Below, piece after piece: positions 42,294-45,162 of a stretch of DNA of 45,162 nucleotides. Numbering within the stretch: the stretch's first letter is position 1; every line of letters begins with the position of its first letter. Source of the DNA: Candidatus Parcubacteria bacterium (lineage in GTDB: Bacteria; Patescibacteriota; Minisyncoccia; Phycocordibacterales; CAYZPE01); assembly GCA_046050145.1 (NCBI GenBank), contig JBJOQC010000040.1, positions 1-45,162 of the forward strand, given 5' to 3'. The position numbers were made by a program, and so were the translations under genes. The notes below the pieces were generated by a model, which saw only the letters and a list, made by a program, of their open reading frames with translations, had not been told where the DNA came from and did not search any database.

Positions 42294-43088
42294 ATGGAAC
42301 CTATAGAACAACCAAGTAACAAACTCACTCTTCCTATTGCAATTATTGTTGCAGGAGCACTTATTGCTTGTGCGATATTCTTAACCAATAAGAATCAAGC
42401 ACCTGTTAGCCAAACTCAGGAAGGAAATGTAACTGCGGGAGATATTACACTACGTCCTGTAGACTCTACAGATCATATCCTTGGAAGCCCTAATGCACCA
42501 ATAATGTTCATAGAGTACTCAGATACTGAATGTCCATTTTGTAAACGCTACCACGAAACAATGCACCAAGTTGTGGACACTTATAGCAAAGATGGAAGTG
42601 TGGCATGGGTATATCGAAACTTCCCTATTGTTCAACTCCACAGCAAAGCACCTAAAGAAGCAGAGGCACTAGAATGTGCAGCAGAACTTGGAGGCAATGA
42701 AGCTTTTTGGAAATATACTGACAGAATATATTCTATAACCCCAACAAACGATGGTCTTGATCCGGGAGAATTGCCAAAGATTGCTGAGTTTGCAGGTCTT
42801 AATGTTGAGGCGTTCAAAATATGTCTTTCAAGTGGAAAACATACTGCTAAAATCCAAAAAGATGTTGATGAAGCTGTCAAAGCTGGAGCACGAGGCACAC
42901 CATATAGTATTATCCTTCTTAAAACAAAAGCGCCTTCTACTATAAAACCGTTTCTTGAAAGTGCTTCTATCCAGCTCGGTCTTCCACCAGGAACTCTTGG
43001 TATTACAAAAGATGAAAAGAAAATTATCGTAAGTGGCAATATGCCATTTGAGCTTCTACAACAACTGATCGACCTCTTGAAGAATTAA
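42294..43088 (+). CDS. Membrane-anchored DsbA-family thiol:disulfide oxidoreductase
   Basis: N-terminal TM helix, a thioredoxin-fold CPFC active site (YSDTECPFCKRYH) and GTPY near the C-terminus. Confidence 0.85.
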   Translation: MEPIEQPSNKLTLPIAIIVAGALIACAIFLTNKNQAPVSQTQEGNVTAGDITLRPVDSTDHILGSPNAPIMFIEYSDTECPFCKRYHETMHQVVDTYSKDGSVAWVYRNFPIVQLHSKAPKEAEALECAAELGGNEAFWKYTDRIYSITPTNDGLDPGELPKIAEFAGLNVEAFKICLSSGKHTAKIQKDVDEAVKAGARGTPYSIILLKTKAPSTIKPFLESASIQLGLPPGTLGITKDEKKIIVSGNMPFELLQQLIDLLKN

Positions 43089-43114
43089 GAAAAAAATTAA
43101 AAGAAAGCAATAAT

Positions 43115-43285
43115 AAAACCCCGCGGCCAAAGGTCACAGGGTTTTTGTTATATATAAATGATGAAGGGTGGATCTTGCGAGGATCCACCCTTTTTGGCCA
43201 GTTCCGGTCGACCAATGTTACCGTTGGGGGTATTCCCCATAAAATCTACACATTCTGCAACCTCCTTTTTGCCTTATATGCGAAC
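43115..43285 (-). ncRNA. Candidate structured small transcript carrying an 11-codon micro-ORF (43253-43218)
   Basis: The promoter lies at 43319-43292. AGGAGG (43266-43261) sits 7 nt before ATG 43253, and the ORF reads MCRFYGEYPQR then stop. Several hairpins follow. A possible terminator (AAAACCC...GGGGTTTT plus a U-rich tract) lies at 43146-43115. Confidence 0.35.
43164..43195 (+). terminator. Intrinsic terminator (plus strand)
   Basis: 11-bp stem AAGGGTGGATC/GATCCACCCTT followed by T5. Confidence 0.7.
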
Positions 43286-43291
43286 TTTTAT

Positions 43292-43319
43292 AGTATAGCA
43301 CATACAAAATATTTGTCAA
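43292..43319 (-). promoter_or_regulatory. Near-consensus promoter TTGACA-N16-TATACT with TGC extended -10
   Basis: On the minus strand TTGACA lies at 43319-43314 and TGCTATACT at 43300-43292. It starts 5 nt after the helicase stop codon. Confidence 0.55.
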
Positions 43320-43323
43320 TACA

Positions 43324-45162
43324 TTACTCTTTAATCATTTCTCTCAACCTACAATACTCACACTCCTTATCATCACAGCGTTTATCCCAAAACGAGAGGT
43401 TCAAAATCTCATCCCCCACTCTCTTTATTGTCTCAATAAGCTCCTCTGTATCTTCAGGAGTTACTATAAATTTTTCTTTACTGTATTTCTCTGTCTGGTT
43501 TGGTTCTATAAAGTCTATTTCTCCAGAAATCATTTCGTACGCCCCATCCTTGAATCTGTCGAGTAAAATTTTATAAAAAACAAGTTGTCTAAAAATATTT
43601 CCCTCTGAATCTTTTGTATCTCCTGTAATTTGATTTCGCGTCTTAGGTTTACCAGTTTTATAATCAACCACATTTACTTCACTTTCACTTATAAATTCAA
43701 TCTTATCGAGTTTACCTGTAAGGATTATGTCAGGGGTTAATGCGACCTGTCTTATCGCAAACTCATTTTGAGTTTGAGTAATCCATCGTGAACTATATTC
43801 ATCAAACCAACCTCCGAGAGCTTTTTCTCCTCTTTCTTTGTACACAGTAAAATCAGATTCCTGAAAAGGTTGACTCTCTAAAGCAATTACAAATGATTTA
43901 ATAAAGTCTTTTTTAGAAAATTTTTCATCAATTCTTAGTTTATTAAAAAGAGTATTGAGCGCTTCGTGAATAGCAGTGCCATACATGAGATGGGCTTCAT
44001 CTGCCTGAGGGAGACGTATTAAGTTTCTATAAAAATACTTCCAGGGACACGACAAATAATTGTTGAGTGCAGATACAGACATACCCTGAGTTGTAAAAAG
44101 GTCTCGCACGTATGCCTTATCTTTAAAACTAATATTTTGAGATACACCTTTCACTTCATACAGTACAGGTCGCACAATCTCAAACTCTGCTTCGAAAGGT
44201 GCTGTATCTATAAGACTTAGGAGCTTTGGATCTATCTCTTGAATGAACTGACTCGGAAGCTGCTCTCGACCATCCTCACCCTGACGAGAGAAACTTATTG
44301 TCACATGTTTTTTAGCTCGAGTAAGTGCAACATACAAAAGCCTTCGCTCATCGTGAAGAGAATCTGAAGAATTACTTTTTCCCACCAGAGAATAGACCTC
44401 TGGGAGCAATTTTAAAGATTCAACTTTTCTTTTATTTCCCCATTTACCATCATGTACATGAATAATAAATACATATTCAAATTCAAGCCCTTTAGATCTA
44501 TGCGCCGTCATGAGTCGCACAAAACCTTCTTTTCCACCCTTATTCTTTTTCTTAGGCACAATATGATGTGTCTCAAGCATGGTCAAATATGCAAGGAAAT
44601 CAGCGAGATTTCCTTTTGGGTTTGTACCTACAAATGATCGTACCTCGTCAAAAAAGCTATCTACAACATCAAGCATTAGACGAGCATCAGATCCTTGTAA
44701 GATCTTCTCTAGAAGTCCTGACTCACGAAAAACATATTCAAAAAAATCTGAAATACTTCCGTCGTGAGCCTGTTTTATAAAGTCAGTCAAAAGAGAGAAA
44801 GATTTTGTAACAGCTTCAACATTTTCTAATTCAACCTCGTTCAACAACTTTGTATTTGAAATAACATCATACAGTGAATATTTCCTTTTTTGACTCGCTG
44901 TCTTTATAAGCTTATACAAATCGAGAGGAACAATATTCCACAAAGAAAGATGCAGGTAGTCTGAGAGCGCTCTATCGTCACCATATGAATTGACTGCCTT
45001 TGCGATAACCAAAAGTCTTTGCACAATCTTGTGAGTAAAAATATTTTCATCTGATTCAATCACAAAAGGAACATCACTCTTTTTAAGATAAGTAGAGATA
45101 TCCAAACAATCCTTGTTATCACGATACAAAATAACAATTTCATGTGGAGACACCCCTTCTTT
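43324..45162 (-). CDS. UvrD-like helicase C-terminal half fused to a Cas4/AddB-like PD-(D/E)XK nuclease domain (N-terminus outside the window)
   Basis: Helicase motifs: TAHRSKGLEFEYVFI (V) and LLYVALTRAKKHV (VI). Nuclease part: LSCPWKYFY (first Fe-S Cys), GKLDKIEF...VVDYKTGKP (D..(D/E)xK) and C-terminal CDDKECEYC. The ORF is open to the window edge. Confidence 0.8.
   Translation of the reverse strand, partial: KEGVSPHEIVILYRDNKDCLDISTYLKKSDVPFVIESDENIFTHKIVQRLLVIAKAVNSYGDDRALSDYLHLSLWNIVPLDLYKLIKTASQKRKYSLYDVISNTKLLNEVELENVEAVTKSFSLLTDFIKQAHDGSISDFFEYVFRESGLLEKILQGSDARLMLDVVDSFFDEVRSFVGTNPKGNLADFLAYLTMLETHHIVPKKKNKGGKEGFVRLMTAHRSKGLEFEYVFIIHVHDGKWGNKRKVESLKLLPEVYSLVGKSNSSDSLHDERRLLYVALTRAKKHVTISFSRQGEDGREQLPSQFIQEIDPKLLSLIDTAPFEAEFEIVRPVLYEVKGVSQNISFKDKAYVRDLFTTQGMSVSALNNYLSCPWKYFYRNLIRLPQADEAHLMYGTAIHEALNTLFNKLRIDEKFSKKDFIKSFVIALESQPFQESDFTVYKERGEKALGGWFDEYSSRWITQTQNEFAIRQVALTPDIILTGKLDKIEFISESEVNVVDYKTGKPKTRNQITGDTKDSEGNIFRQLVFYKILLDRFKDGAYEMISGEIDFIEPNQTEKYSKEKFIVTPEDTEELIETIKRVGDEILNLSFWDKRCDDKECEYCRLREMIKE

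Noticed and set aside
43024-43576. ORFs 43024-43215 (minus, 63 aa) and 43145-43576 (plus, 143 aa) in and around the dsbA/helicase intergenic region.
   Set aside because: The first overlaps the dsbA 3' end and runs through terminator hairpins without an SD. The second is antisense to the helicase-nuclease gene and is low-complexity.

Overview
This is a low-G+C bacterial chromosome segment. Hand-counted 60-nt samples give about 33-37 % G+C in ordinary genes and about 45 % in enolase. It is densely packed with housekeeping genes, mostly on the minus strand. The genes I could identify:
- Left third: mraZ (5' part, runs off the left edge), lysS, greA, mrdA/mreD-like/mreC/mreB, proS, rseP, frr, a holB-like delta' gene, a second mreB, an HTH-MurA fusion, a priA-like gene and def-fmt.
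- Middle: hpf, an intron-containing tRNA-Asn, engB, a Nudix gene, a pterin dehydratase, csp, tlyA, a FecR/CHASE2-cyclase operon and truB.
- Right third: gpmI, eno, a second TruB-like gene, hisS, a DEDD exonuclease, uppP, a ZIP transporter, a DsbA-like protein and a UvrD/PD-(D/E)XK helicase-nuclease (runs off the right edge).

The gene content and style (minimal ProRS, ATPase-dead PriA, PEGA and PG-binding surface proteins, standard genetic code) suggest a Patescibacteria/CPR-like organism. That is inference only. I found no CRISPR array, transposase, integrase or rRNA.

Non-routine observations, strongest first:
1. tRNA-Asn(GUU) is split inside its anticodon by a 237-nt ORF-less group I intron with all four classical core elements. 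A decayed second copy of the 3' exon lies 170 nt downstream.
2. An XRE-type HTH is fused in frame to an apparently intact MurA. A perfect 16-bp palindrome sits in its own promoter, and a 15/16 copy sits in the promoter of a G+C-rich NMP-kinase-like gene 19 kb away.
3. A stand-alone promoter-to-terminator unit encodes a roughly 90-nt RNA with an anti-SD-like CCUCC and two CCCCCGAC loops.
4. A secreted-protein gene of about 67 % G+C is embedded in the low-G+C backbone. Its leader carries a 14-nt perfect complement to the 16S rRNA 3' tail.
5. The PriA homolog has lost helicase motifs I, II and VI but keeps its zinc-finger cysteines.
6. A near-consensus promoter plus perfect SD drives an 11-codon micro-ORF/structured RNA between two convergent genes.
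7. Three perfect DnaA boxes occur, all intergenic.

All functional calls come from reading motifs by eye. No database search was run.
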